Positions 52,044 through 64,000 of a stretch of DNA of 64,000 nt are shown here, piece after piece. The translations under genes were made by a program, and so were the position numbers. The notes below the pieces were generated by a model, which saw nothing but the letters and a program-made list of their open reading frames with translations, was not told the DNA's origin and made no database searches. How positions within the stretch are numbered: the first letter of the stretch is position 1; each line of letters opens with the position of its first letter. The DNA is from Haliotis cracherodii (lineage: Eukaryota). The stretch lies in NCBI RefSeq assembly GCF_022045235.1, contig NW_027266271.1, forward strand, positions 4,030,001 through 4,094,000, in the 5' to 3' direction.

Positions 52044-54233
52044 TTAGGGCTCCAAGCCGAAAGGCTGTAGAGCCCTATTGTAATCGTTCGATTTATTATT
52101 ATTATTTATTATTACCGTATTCGACCCATTAAGCGCCCAGGGCGCTTAAAAAAAGACAGAAGGGGTGGGCGCTTATTGGGGACAATTCAGAGTCAAATTG
52201 GCGTAAATTCATCAGTAAGCCTTACCGTATTTTCTTGAGAATAGCGGGCACTTTTTTTTCCCAAAAACACAGCTGTGTAGAAGGAGGTGCGCATTATACA
52301 GGAATTAATGTGTTTTGATGTTTTTTCCCCCATGGAAAGACATTACTGTGAGCACGTAACACCGGAAATACCATGTCAACAAATCCATACTGAAGTTCGC
52401 AAATTATTCCTGTCTGGCTATACAAAATGTTCTTTGTATATCTGAACTTTTGTTTGTAACTTATTGCATTAATTTTATTCAAAATTCCTTTTAATATTGT
52501 TTTAATTAATTTCGGCGAAATCGTGTGTGAAGTGATCGGAAGATCGCACAACTCACCGTTATTAACAGCAACCACGGTCAGATTACCGCTATTGATGCCT
52601 TGAAACAAACTTTAGTTGACAGAGAATGGATACATATATCATAAATGCCATACTTTGATTCGTTAAAAGTCATATTTGTTTTTGTTGGACGATTCTATGT
52701 CAGCACGTAATTCTCGCGATCACGCGATCACGTGCATGGGAGCCTTGACGGTGACTGGTCAGACTGGTTCCATGTAAAAAATAATACCTGGCAATAGAGA
52801 TCAGCTGCTTCGCTTAGGGTTATTATTTTAAATATGTTTAGTAAAAGCTGCATCTAAATTAACAAGATATTGGAATATATTTTTCCTGATAAATAAAATA
52901 GTTTCAGATACAACTTTTGCCGATCTTTCATTTAAAATCATTGGGTGTGTCTTGACCGAATCACCGGTAGATTCCAAGAAAACATGTGTACAGCTGATTG
53001 CTGTGTCCGGCTTAGTTTACGAGAAAATGCACAAGGTAATCTTAATCCCTGGATATAAAACGATGCCTAGCTGAACAAAAAATACAATTCAAACGGTAAA
53101 TCAACATGTCTGGTGATTTTTTTTTTATCTCAAATTTCAATTTTGTACTGATTGGGTGAGGGGCGCTTAATGGGTCAAATATGCTTTATTCCGCCAGTGG
53201 CTCAATTGCGTTCCAATTTTGTATGTGTGTGAAGACCGGTTAGTACCAAAGCTGTAAGCCCAAAGGCCAAGGGCAGATAACTAAAAATCAAGAATTTTTT
53301 TAAGATGTATTTCGCCCTATTGCTCCGTAACCGCTTATCTGATTACTTTGAAACCTTGCATGTATCTGCTGCTTGAGCTGCTTGACATTTTGTGTTCTTT
53401 GACTTTGGTCATTGGTCACGTGGTTTGGCAGCCATATTGGATTCAAGGTTTTCACAGGGTTTTGGGGGTACCTGTCTTCAAATCCTATCTCCTCTGAATC
53501 CACTGCATGAAATGCATCCAAACTTTCTGAGAATTGTCTCCATACATATCACATCAAACTCTGTTAGCCGATTTTGGATATCTTTTTTAGTTGCGACCAT
53601 ATTGGATTCAAAGTTTTCACAGTGTCTTTTGGGTACCTGTCTTCAAAACCTATCCCTTTTGAATCCAATGCATGAAATTATTTCAAACTTTCCGACAATT
53701 GTCTCCTTACATAATACATCAAACTCTGTTAGCCGTTTTAAGATATCTTTCTTAGTTACAGCCCTATTGGATTTTCATTTTGATGATTTTTTTCACCGAA
53801 ATTTTACTTTAAAGATCATATCTTGTAAGGTTCTCCACAGAAACTATTGAAAGTTGACATGTACTTAGATGGACATATATACCTCATCTTTTGTTCTTGG
53901 TTGCATGCTAAAAGTAACACTGCTTGGTGGTAATATTTGATTAATATTTGGGACACCCCTGGAACACGGCAATTTGAGCGGCGATGTCAGGTGACTATTT
54001 TTGGACGGAGTTGGTACAAGCAAACCCTTTGAGGATTCGAACATGTTCAAGGTCGGAAATGGGTTTAGAACAGACTTGGACACCCCTGCACATGACAATT
54101 TGGTATCGGCGATGCCCTGCAAGTGGTGCCTATATTTGACGGATCTGGTACAAGGAAACCCTTTGAGGATTCGAACAAGTACGTTTGTGCGCAGTGTTAC
54201 TTGGAGCCCGCCATTGCTGCTAGCAGCTTTAAT
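52044..54233 (+). mobile_element. HINE, single complete copy with nested MITEs
   Basis: Head ttagggctccaagccgaaaggctgtagagccc and tail cttggagcccgccattgctgctagcagcttt. Body homologous to 28165-29078. Confidence 0.85.
52115..53184. mobile_element. MITE (TIR ccgtattcgacccattaagcgccc) carrying a truncated inverted copy (52225-~53150) of the 40655-41786 MITE
   Basis: Right TIR gggcgcttaatgggtcaaatatgc at 53161-53184. The inner element starts TA-ccgtattttcttgag. Confidence 0.82.
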
Positions 54234-56551
54234 AATTACTTGTATCGTTTAAAAGGGAAGTATATACGCAAAAATCTCTTTCTTTCTTATTTGAAACAAA
54301 ATGCAATTTAAGAATTAGTTGATATCAGTGTTTGAAAATAAACATTTATTTTTCTCACAGTAAATGTAGGAAGCTCACAATAATTGTGAGAATGTTATGC
54401 CGTTCTGACACCTTTGTTTTCCGAGCTAACCAGGCCGGAGTTATCCCCCTTAGATTATGATGCAATTGGAGCCAATTTAACTGGGTCCCTGTCTAGTCTC
54501 AACGCAACAGATATTATGTACCAGTTTATGGTGAGACAACATGCATTGTCTGATTCCTGAGAAGTTCCATCAAGATATTGTAAAACCATACATTTATGAA
54601 CCAACACAAGCCAGTTTCGCAATGTGGAAACATTGAACATGAAGAGAAAACAAGAGAAGACCCACATAACCTGTTGCGTCACCCGATCCCGACTCGACAT
54701 CACCAAAATCACCAGTGACACCATGGTAAGAATAACACTTTGATGTGTGTCTACCTAAATTACCTATATACTCGTTATTACATTTTCATAAGCAGAAACC
54801 TGGTAAACCGCATGCTTCGTCAGCTATCCTATTCATCCTGTCCCACCGTGTTACAATCCTATCACCGGTATAAGCCAAGTTGTCAATCTACGCTTGTCCA
54901 TACATGTATTAGGAAAAAGTATTCCCACCACCTTTTGGCTACAGATCAAGGCTACTTGGCAATATCAAGAAACAAATACGATCTATCACCAATGTTGTCA
55001 CACCAAGGTTACACATACATTACAGGAGCATATGCTTCGAGTAACACAAAAATGGGGTATGTCTCTAAAGTCAGTTGCCGAGTACTTTAAGAAAAAAATT
55101 CTCTTTGATATTTTTCCCAAGCGTATTCAAATTTTTTGCCATATTTTATCGTTAAGTAACTGGATGTTGTATTTCCCACCAGTACCCGAAGGATAAAACC
55201 TGCCCCATTTGATCACTCCATTGATATGTTTAGTGTTTGAAATCAGTTGGCCTATATTTAATAGATCTTTTTTTTTCTGACAACTATTCACAGAAAATGC
55301 ATTGCAACTTTGCAGGGAAACTATTTATACTCCAGCATTAGGCCAGATATTTTACAAAAAAGCTTCCAAACTAAAAAAAATTGAAATGTTAAAATAAAGT
55401 TAACTTATGAAAACAATGGGTTGTTTAATTGAGTGGACCAGATGTATGTAAAGTGTTTACAAAAAGCTCATTTACTGTCACTATCAATACATATAGATTT
55501 TTTAAGATACTATAATTAAAACTTACTGAAACTCATTAAAACATATTTGAAACTGTAATTTGTTTCTGGAAATTCGGACCTCCCGACCTGACTTTTTGGG
55601 CAAAAACTCTGTAACATACACTGCCTAAAACTCTGTCCTAACTGACTGTAAATAATCACATGCAGATCTACCCCATAACCATGATAACAACTAGCTTGAT
55701 GTTTTAAATAGTTTTTTATCTTTCATACATCATGGATGCAATACAGATAACTTGTGTTCAGTGTGTTCTAAATGTTAACATACCTTATATCATGTTGTAA
55801 AAATTCAATTTCATAACAAAATACAGTATGTGTACTGTATAACTCTGTTATATATGTACTTAGAAATAATTAAACCATTGTGATGATCAAACGCTTTAAC
55901 CACAAGGCTACCCCACCGACCATATGAACACTTGAAATAAAGTTTAGAAAACATATAATATGATTTACTTTCATCAATTTATTTTATTATGCATTTGAAA
56001 ATCTATCATGCAAAACAAACAAATCTGACAAGTAAAAAAAATCTCCAATACCATAAATGTTTATTTGCGACAGTTATGTAAACATATGTAACTTGTACCT
56101 CACAAGACAAACACATATTCTATGTCTTGTAGCTCTGCAGGAAAATAAACACAATTTGCACACAATGAAAATGGATCTCAACACCAGGAATTTCTTCTGC
56201 CACCGGTGGAGCAGGATACTCTCACCCTCTTTGCCAACACCTGGTATCATCACTAGAGTGATTCATTAACACATGCTCATGATATTGTCAGAATCGTACA
56301 ATCAACTAAACAATCAAAGAGATTTCTTATGAATATGGAAAGGGTTTTGTTGCTTTTATTTTCTTCCATATGATCATTGAGGGACCTGAAAAAGAATACA
56401 TACTTTTTATAAATTTGTCAAAATAACATAAGTAATTGTAAAAGTAGGTGGTAATAGACATCGGCTGTGTAAGACATGTCATGCTTACTTTCGGCCTCAC
56501 TGGGTGCCTGAATACAAATGTCATCAGTTTACAATGCACTGATTGTATCAG

Positions 56552-59500
56552 ATCTAGTAAAATCCTAGATATTTTTTATATTTGTATACTTATCCTGCAT
56601 TAGTTAACTTAATGCATAATACTGCTTGTTCTTGACAGAGAAAAGAGCTGTGTGAAGATCTTTGCTTGAAGAAATTGCTCCAACTAGCAGAGAGGCCAAC
56701 CCTATCACACAGCTCCCACGTGACCCGGGGAAGTGACGTCATGGATCCTCACATTACTCTGGAGTCCGGACATCGGAAGGCATCGTGGGGAGGTAGATCT
56801 GTGACAGGTGGGTCTCTTTAGATGCAGTAATGCAGGATAAGTACACAAATATAAAAAATATCTAGGATTTTACTAGATTTTTTGCTCGCTTTTCTTATCC
56901 TGCATTACTCCTTAATGCATCTTTATCCGACGGAATCGGTGGAGGGCATACCTTCAGATGTGGACTTTCATCTCAGAACTCAGCCAATCATCGGCTGTGT
57001 GGTCGGCAGAAAATGACCAATCCGTAGATGGGAACCAAGAGTCAGGTATGCGGTGTGTCCAGGTACGACACAGCCATAGACGATAACCTTACTCAAGTTA
57101 AAGTTGTAGACTGACGTACCGAGCCGTATGTGTGGGGCATGAACCTTCTATTCCAGGGCATTTAAGCCAGGGGAGGTCAAGAGGCCAGCTCTGGACTGGA
57201 GGTGTGGTCAATGGCGTCTTGTAGTGGTGACCCGTTGGGCCACTACTAAATAACCAAAACTGCGTGTCTTGCACATCCTCCAAAGTGACGTCTTGCAGGT
57301 AGTTAATGGCGAAGACTGTTTTTGATAGCCAGAAACACCCCTCCATGATGGCACGTAGTGAGCAGTTGCTGTGTAGAGCAAAGGTGGAGGCGACCGCCTG
57401 GATCTCATGTGGGTTGTTGGAGTTGGGGGGGGTCTAATCCCGCTGCTTTGTAGGCCTGGAGAATGATGGCTCGGAGCCAGAGTGTGATCGTGTTGCGGCT
57501 GACTTCTGCTCGCAAGGTCGCTGATACCGGTAAAAAGAGGCGGCGGTGTTGTTTGCGGCATTCCTTGGACGGATGTAACAACGTAACGCCCTCACCAGGC
57601 ACAGGTGGATCTCTTGTTCGTCTTCTGCGCCCACAATGGATGACAGCGGAGGGATGAGGAACGATCTATCAGGCTGTCCTGGGAGCTGGTTCTTGGCAAT
57701 AAAGTCCTAGACCAGTACGAGATGAATGGCTCCGTGTGCTTCATGCTCAAAGCGGACACGCGTAACATCCAGCTCACTGACACGTACGGCTGTAGCAAGC
57801 GCCATGAGTAAAGATAGAGGGCAAATATCTTGGGGCAAAGATAGAGCAGTAACTCGGCCAGGAATTGAGGCGATGCAGTAGTTGGGTCTTGTTGTTTTCC
57901 CCTGCAAAAGCTCTCGGAGGATAGTCACTTGTATAGGCTTCTGGTGGTCGGGCAATGAGCAATCATGATGGCTTTCTCTACTCTGGCCGAGTAACCTTTA
58001 GCCTTCAGTGCTGTGTGTAGATGGACCAGATGTGAAGACATTACCTGCCTGGTCCTGGGTGTGGCTGCCTGCTGATTGGATGAATCAGCAGTTTGGGCCA
58101 GTCTGGGAGTGGCAGCGGTTGGTGTCTGCTAATTCTCTGAGGTTGATGAACCATTCCCTCGCCAGCCACCAGGGCGCAACCAAAGTCTGATCGAGGCTCT
58201 GCATTGATCTGATCTTTTGGACTACCCTGGGAAGGAGTACAGGCGGCTGAATAGCGTACCCTTTTAGTCCTTCCTAGGAGACACTGAAGGCATCGACTGC
58301 CAAGGCCAAGGGATCCTATACCGGCAATATGAATGTCGGTATCTGGCGGTTTAGGTGGCGAAAAGGTTGATGTTGGGGTGACAAACAAGAGTGAAGGCAT
58401 CTGGGTGGAGCTTCCACTTTGTTTGGTTGGGATAGAGCATCTGCCAGGATGTTGCGACAGGCCACTATGAGTTGGACCTGGAATTGGATCCCCAGATGAT
58501 CCACTAGGTTGAAGAAGCGGAACGTCTGTTGAAGGAATCAGTGTGCGTGAGTTGTTCCTTGGATCCCACAGCACCAGACGATGGTTATGTTGTCCGTCGA
58601 AATGGAGAGATGGGCGTGTCAAAGGGTCTGCTTCCAATGGGAGAGAAACAGAGTAAGCGCCTCCAGTTCGAGGTTGTTTATGTTCCACTAGAGTTGCGTA
58701 GCGGACCACAGCCCCAAGGCCAACTGTGCGCCCCATCCCTGAAGGGAGGCATCTACAAAGAGGTGTGACGAGGTTGTAAGCCCTGTCAAGTAGACACCAT
58801 CTTAGACGTTCAATTCAACCGTCCACCACCATTGATGAGGTTTGATGTGATCCGGGAGGACGATGGAGCCTGATGGATCCTGATGCCTGATGTAGGGAGC
58901 CACGAACATCTGACTGGGCACAGTTGGAGCCTTCCTCTGTAGGTCGGCCTGTTAGGAGGCCCTGGAGGACTTGAGGACCAGGATAAGGTGTAGCTGAATA
59001 CACGCCCACCAGTCCCTGGAAACAGAGAGTAGATTGAGGTCCGTCTGGTGAACTGAAGACAGAATATGGGTGTCAACTGTGACTTCCTGAGGTTGATTTT
59101 CCATCCCAGCTGATGGAGGAGACGGAGGGTAAAGTCCCTGTGACGAAGCAGGAGGCAATCTCAAGGCCTCATACTGAATATCCCGGATATGGAGGTACAA
59201 GACTATTGGCTTGGTAAGGCTTGTGAAGAGTCATGGGGGCCGAGGATATACCAAATGGGAGGGCCTCCCCTTGTTATGCACAAGTCATAAACATATAGAA
59301 TGTACAAGATACATACCAAATGCACAACACAAGCACAAGAAACATTAACTCAAGAAGCAAAACACATGAGGGTTTGAACAAGTTTTATGCTACAGATAAA
59401 AAAACAGGTCTTCACTCAGCAAGTGACAAGAGTAATGTGAGGATCCATGACGTCACATCCCCAGGTCACGTGGGAGCTGCGTGATAGGGTTGACCTCTTA

Positions 59501-59573
59501 GCTATTTGGAGCAATTTCTTCAAGCAAAGATCTTAACACAGCTCTTTTCTCTGTCAAGAACAAGCAGTAATGT
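56552..59573 (-). mobile_element. DIRS-type retrotransposon 4, gag deleted, with RT/RNase H/methyltransferase/YR remnants
   Basis: ~140-bp ITR match 56620-56760 vs 59430-59570, ICR at 56828-56920. RT ALPFGISSAP, RNase H HLFVDASLQGWG, MT-like VDAFSVS*EGLKGYAIQPP..LVAPWW, YR ALATAVRVSEL and CFWLSKTVFAINYL. Confidence 0.92.
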
Positions 59574-59579
59574 AAAAAA

Positions 59580-59685
59580 CTTTTACATGTCCTCCACATT
59601 ATACTTTTACATGTCATCCACATTATACTTTTACATGCCATCCACACTATACTTTTATATGTCATCCACACTACATTTTTACATC
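59580..59685. repeat. 24-bp tandem repeat, ~4 units, abutting the DIRS 4 end
   Basis: Unit ttttacatgtcatccacattatac. Confidence 0.85.
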
Positions 59686-60092
59686 AGAAGACAATCATGT
59701 TACAATATATAAGATGATAGACATACACAATAGTTCAATCCAGAAATTCTTTGCATATAGTATTTACATTGTGTTATTATTTATTGTCAAAATATTATCT
59801 TGTACCTCATAGTTTGAAGCACGGTGTCCCATGTTTCTGGTGTACACTGGACAGCGACTGTACACCATGACGTACTGAGGCTCTTCTGGGTACCTGTACC
59901 CTCTGGGCATCAGTGTCTGGTAGGACTTGCTTCGACACTACGTATTTGAAAGATACAACATAGAAACATGGACACTTCTGTCATCTATATCTCACTATCA
60001 CAAAATAAAAATGGTAACTTGATATATTTCATGCATCAATGTACTATCAATTGTATATGTGTGTAAATTGCATCAAACATGAAATATGACTA

Positions 60093-61366
60093 CAAGGGGT
60101 GTTCATTAAAGATTTCCCCTAAACCACTTAGGGTTATCATATTTGGTGGAAATTTCACATGTGTAATGATACATGTATCTATGGGTTATGTCTGAATTTG
60201 CAGCACCGAACTATTAATCTTACCACTTTTACAGGTGTTATGAGTAGGGTGTGACAATGGAGCCAGTAGAATACCGAGCTGTGATTAGGTTTTTATATTT
60301 GAAAGGTTGCACATCAAAAGAAACTTTCTGAAATGAAAGCATCTTATGGGGAGATGCCCCATCATATGACGTTGTTAAAAACTGGCATTGCCAGTTCAAG
60401 TGTGGTCGGACATCTGTGGAAACAGCTCCCATTCCTGGTCACCCCCATTCAGCCATTGATGAGGACCCTATCCATCAAGTGGAGACCGCCATTTTGGCAG
60501 ACCGACGTATAACTGTTCGCCAGTTAGCACAAGATGTCTAGATCAGTGTAGGGTCTGTGGAAAAAATCATCCATGACAATTTGAACATGCATAAGGTGTC
60601 TTCACGATGGATTCCGAGGTTGCTCACACCTTTCCAAAAGCAGGAACGAGTCAATTGCTCAAAGGATCTTTTGGACATGTGCCAAAACACCAGGCAAACT
60701 TTTCACACATGATGAAATATGGGTCCATCACTATGATCCTGAGACTAAAGTTCAGTTGATGCAATGGAAGCATGTGGAGTCACCACCCCCAAAGAAGGCA
60801 CGTGTCCAACCCTCTGCAGGCAAGGTCATGCTCACGGTGTTTTGGGACCAGCACGGAGTAGTGATGATGGATTTCTTGGCAAAGGGTACCACAATTACAG
60901 GAGCTTATTATGCTTCACTGCTGCCGAAAATGCGGGACGCTATCAAGCTTAAGAGGCGTGGCATGCTGACCAAGGGTGTCCGTCTCCTGCAAGACAATGC
61001 TCCAGTACACAACTCTCATGTTGCCCAGACAGAACTGCGGTCCTGTGGCTATGAAATCCTTCCACATCCTCCTTTACTTTCCTGACCTTGCACCATCTGA
61101 CTGCCACCTCTTTCCAACCATGAAGTCATTTTTGAAGGGTAAACGTTTCACAAATGATGAAACACTGATTTCTGAAGTCAAGTCCTGGTTTGAGACGTAA
61201 AATGAGGCCTTTTACAAGCGAGGTCTCCATAGTTGCATAAAACGATGGGAGAAGTGTGTAACTCTTGGTGGTTCCTATGTGGAGAAAGACTAATACCTAT
61301 GCCAAGTTTCATTCCACTAGGTCCATCGGAAGTGGTTCAGGGGAAATCTTTAATGAACACCCCTCG
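60093..61366 (+). mobile_element. Full-length mariner (DD34D) transposon, 1274 bp, probably irritans subfamily
   Basis: 37-bp TIRs c(a/g)aggggtgttcattaaagatttcccct(a/g)aaccactt with 2 mismatches. TA TSD at 60091-92 and 61367-68. Confidence 0.96.
60257..61293 (+). pseudogene. Frameshifted mariner transposase
   Basis: MEPVEYRAVIRFLYLKG, WIPRLL, SAGKVMLTVFWD, LQDNAPVH and PDLAPSDCHLF, interrupted by stops and frameshifts. Confidence 0.93.
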
Positions 61367-62035
61367 TACAAACCATTTGATATTATAAAATTTATAAATT
61401 ACTAAAATGAGAGGATATGTGTCAAATCCTAACAAGGGAAATAAATCTAAAAAAACAATGGAAATTCCGTAACTCAACTTACTCCACCAACATGAATTAT
61501 CTGTATACTGCAATGATCAGCTGAACACATCGATATAACCATTCAGGAAGGGAACATGTGAACGAGACACAATCGCTTATATGTATGATAATCAAGTGAA
61601 ACTATGAACAAATATCACCTTACTCCTGCTAAAACACATTTCTGAAATACTGCGGTGGTTAGATTTTATCGGTTTAATAACTTTACAGCAAACTTACCTG
61701 AGTTACTTCAACTTAATGGTGTTTGTTTACAAAAACAGCTGAGTCAGGGTCTTGATGAGAACGCTGTCCCTTTAGCCCATTTCCATTTAAGGATCGTACA
61801 CCACCTGCTTCCAATCAGTTTCAGAACCAGCAGGTAAAATCTCTCGTGGAACACTACAGCAACTCAGCAAGAGTCAATATATACAACACAAATGAATAAG
61901 CGCAACTCATACAACAGACCCTTCCAACCATCTTAGCGAATCTTTTAGTATGTTATCCATGTATTGTTGCCTTCTCAGTCGCGATGTTGGACAAATGAGT
62001 GTGTGAGTTGGATTTAACGCCGCTTTTAACAGTAT

Positions 62036-64000
62036 TGGAAATTTTAGTATACATTGTATATTTATATACTTATCCTATCTTTGCATTTCTCCCTTCTTCT
62101 TCGATCCTATGTGGGAATGTGCTTAAATCATGTTTCCAGCTTCTGAAAAGAAAAATAGCCACCCAAGCCCCCTGCATCTCCATGGTTACGTCCAAAAGCT
62201 AGGTCAATTACGTGCCTCTCATGCACGCCATGCCTGCTTGAACTGACCACGTGTGCGCCTCTACCAATTCATTCTCTTTCACAGAGCTTTATAAGGCTAG
62301 AGTATATAAATATACAATTTATACTAACATTTCCAAATTTTTAAACTTATCCTATCTCACACTTTGCATTTTATCCCACGGTTGGATGGTGAGCCTCAGA
62401 TACCCTAGCCTGTATAGAATACAACCGTGAGATATGCACGAGGAAGCTGGGTCTAGACAGTGTAATTTTGAATTTGTTTTAGAATTTTGAAAACTGTCTA
62501 GCGTCTAAAAGACATGAACTCATGATCGGGAAAAACACACACGATCAACCGATGATAACGAAACAGCATGAGATCGGGCATACATGACTAACGTTTTTTC
62601 CCGTAAGTCATCGTACATTTAGAACAACCGCGAAGCTGTAAACGCATAAGCGAAACAGCATATGACTTTAAATCAATCCTGGAAGGGCATCGATTCTTCA
62701 AACAAATCTCCCACGGACCATAGAGTGCGTTAGGTTTGGTAACTCTTTTAACGCTTTGTCAAGGTAATCAAAATACATTCAAGTGTATGAAGCGTACCAA
62801 AACGGGAAGAGGAACTATCGACAACATTCCATAGCAATGGACCATCGAACCAAAACCCTACATAACAGATACCTGAGGCAGAGGTGAGCCGAATAAAGGT
62901 TTGGGACACTGATCTTTTGTTGTTGTTGTTCTTTGTTTTGTTTCACACCGAATAGTGACTTCGTAAATTACGAAAAAGTCTCTACAGATGAGCTAATCCA
63001 CCCTCCAAAGGGGACTCAATCTTGGAAACCAGAAACATCAAAAACATGCAACACCACATAAATGTTTAATGATTTATTCAGTACATACAATTGGAACAGG
63101 CAAGGATTACAAAGCATAGCAGTTTATTATCTACGTTAACTGGGGCGAGACAATTGTTGTGCCAACACCAACAGACCGAACTTGTGGAGCCCTTGTACGT
63201 CTGTGACTGAAATGTCGCGAAGGTAGTGAGGTAGTCTCTTCCAAGAACATCTGTGGAGGCAAGACACATCGAGATATATCCGAGGCACAAGGAGAGGTCT
63301 TCACGGTCGTTCGATCCCAAAATAGCAGAGAGCGGGGGAATCGTAAATAGCCGGTCCGGTTGTCTGGAAAGTTGTTTCTTTGCCAAAAAATCCCAACAAA
63401 GCCCCAGAAACGCTTTGCCACTTCCTGATCTGTCAAACTGGACCCTAGTGACATCCAAAGCATGAATTTCGCTGACCCATGCAGCAGTGGCCAAAGCCAA
63501 CAAAAAAAACTTCTTCAGCGTAACTGTCTCAAAAACCTTCTCTGTCAGTGGTTTGTAATCACCGGAACAAAGCTGTTGAAGAATAATGTTTATGTCCCAC
63601 GAAGAAGGCCGAAAACAAGCAGCTTGGTTGGCTAATTTGTAGGAACGGATGAGGCGATTGTAGCTCCATAACCGTAGAAACCTTCACACCGGAAGTGGTG
63701 GTGATGACAGAGTTAATGGTTGCCAACGTGGACCCCCAAAGTTTCTGAGTCGAACACAGGTAATTGGCAATCCGAGGTGGGAGTGGAAATATCATGAGCG
63801 CGAATAAGTCTCAAAAGCCGTCCACTTGTGGTAAAAAAGGTGCCTGGTGGAAGCACGATGGGCAGCAGAGATGGTCTTCGCAACCCGCTGGGAGTATTCT
63901 TTTGCTACGAAGGACGCAAAGATGGAGCGTTGTCAGAGACTGATATACGATAGCGTTTTTTGCTAGTAAAGTACCTACAGTGTCGATCAATGTTGGTAGG
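62036..64000 (-). mobile_element. DIRS-type retrotransposon 5 (3' part), related to DIRS 3; runs off the right edge
   Basis: Terminus 62036-62075 is complementary to the ICR at ~62300-62365. YR LALATAAWVSEIHALD. 62340-62460 resembles 36330-36440. It abuts a SINE tail fragment at 61997-62036. Confidence 0.88.

Overview
This is eukaryotic, AT-rich, repeat-dense DNA from an invertebrate. The (CACT)n-tailed SINEs suggest a mollusc such as abalone, but that is inference. The only host gene I can support is the 5' part of DNAJC13/RME-8 on the minus strand: 10 coding exons between 48408 and 2695, all with GT-AG introns and consistent phase, giving 1030 coding nt (~343 aa). The gene continues off the left edge. 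Its introns and upstream region are filled with decayed mobile DNA: five DIRS-type tyrosine-recombinase retrotransposons with ITR/ICR structure, one 5'-truncated LINE, a full-length but frameshifted mariner, pogo-like and Crypton-like remnants, nested Helentron-associated (HINE/DINE-1-like) elements, several MITEs, at least three tRNA-headed SINE families, Penelope-like terminal-repeat fragments and at least eight unrelated minisatellites. There are no rRNA genes, real tRNA genes, CRISPR arrays or prokaryotic systems, and I found no clearly new protein-coding system. The best leads are a possible in-frame upstream exon extending the RME-8 N-terminus, a palindromic element with hammerhead-like arms, a stack of self-nested HINEs, a hierarchical 70/487/1458-bp satellite inside a DIRS, and a templated copy of flanking DNA inside a DIRS ITR.
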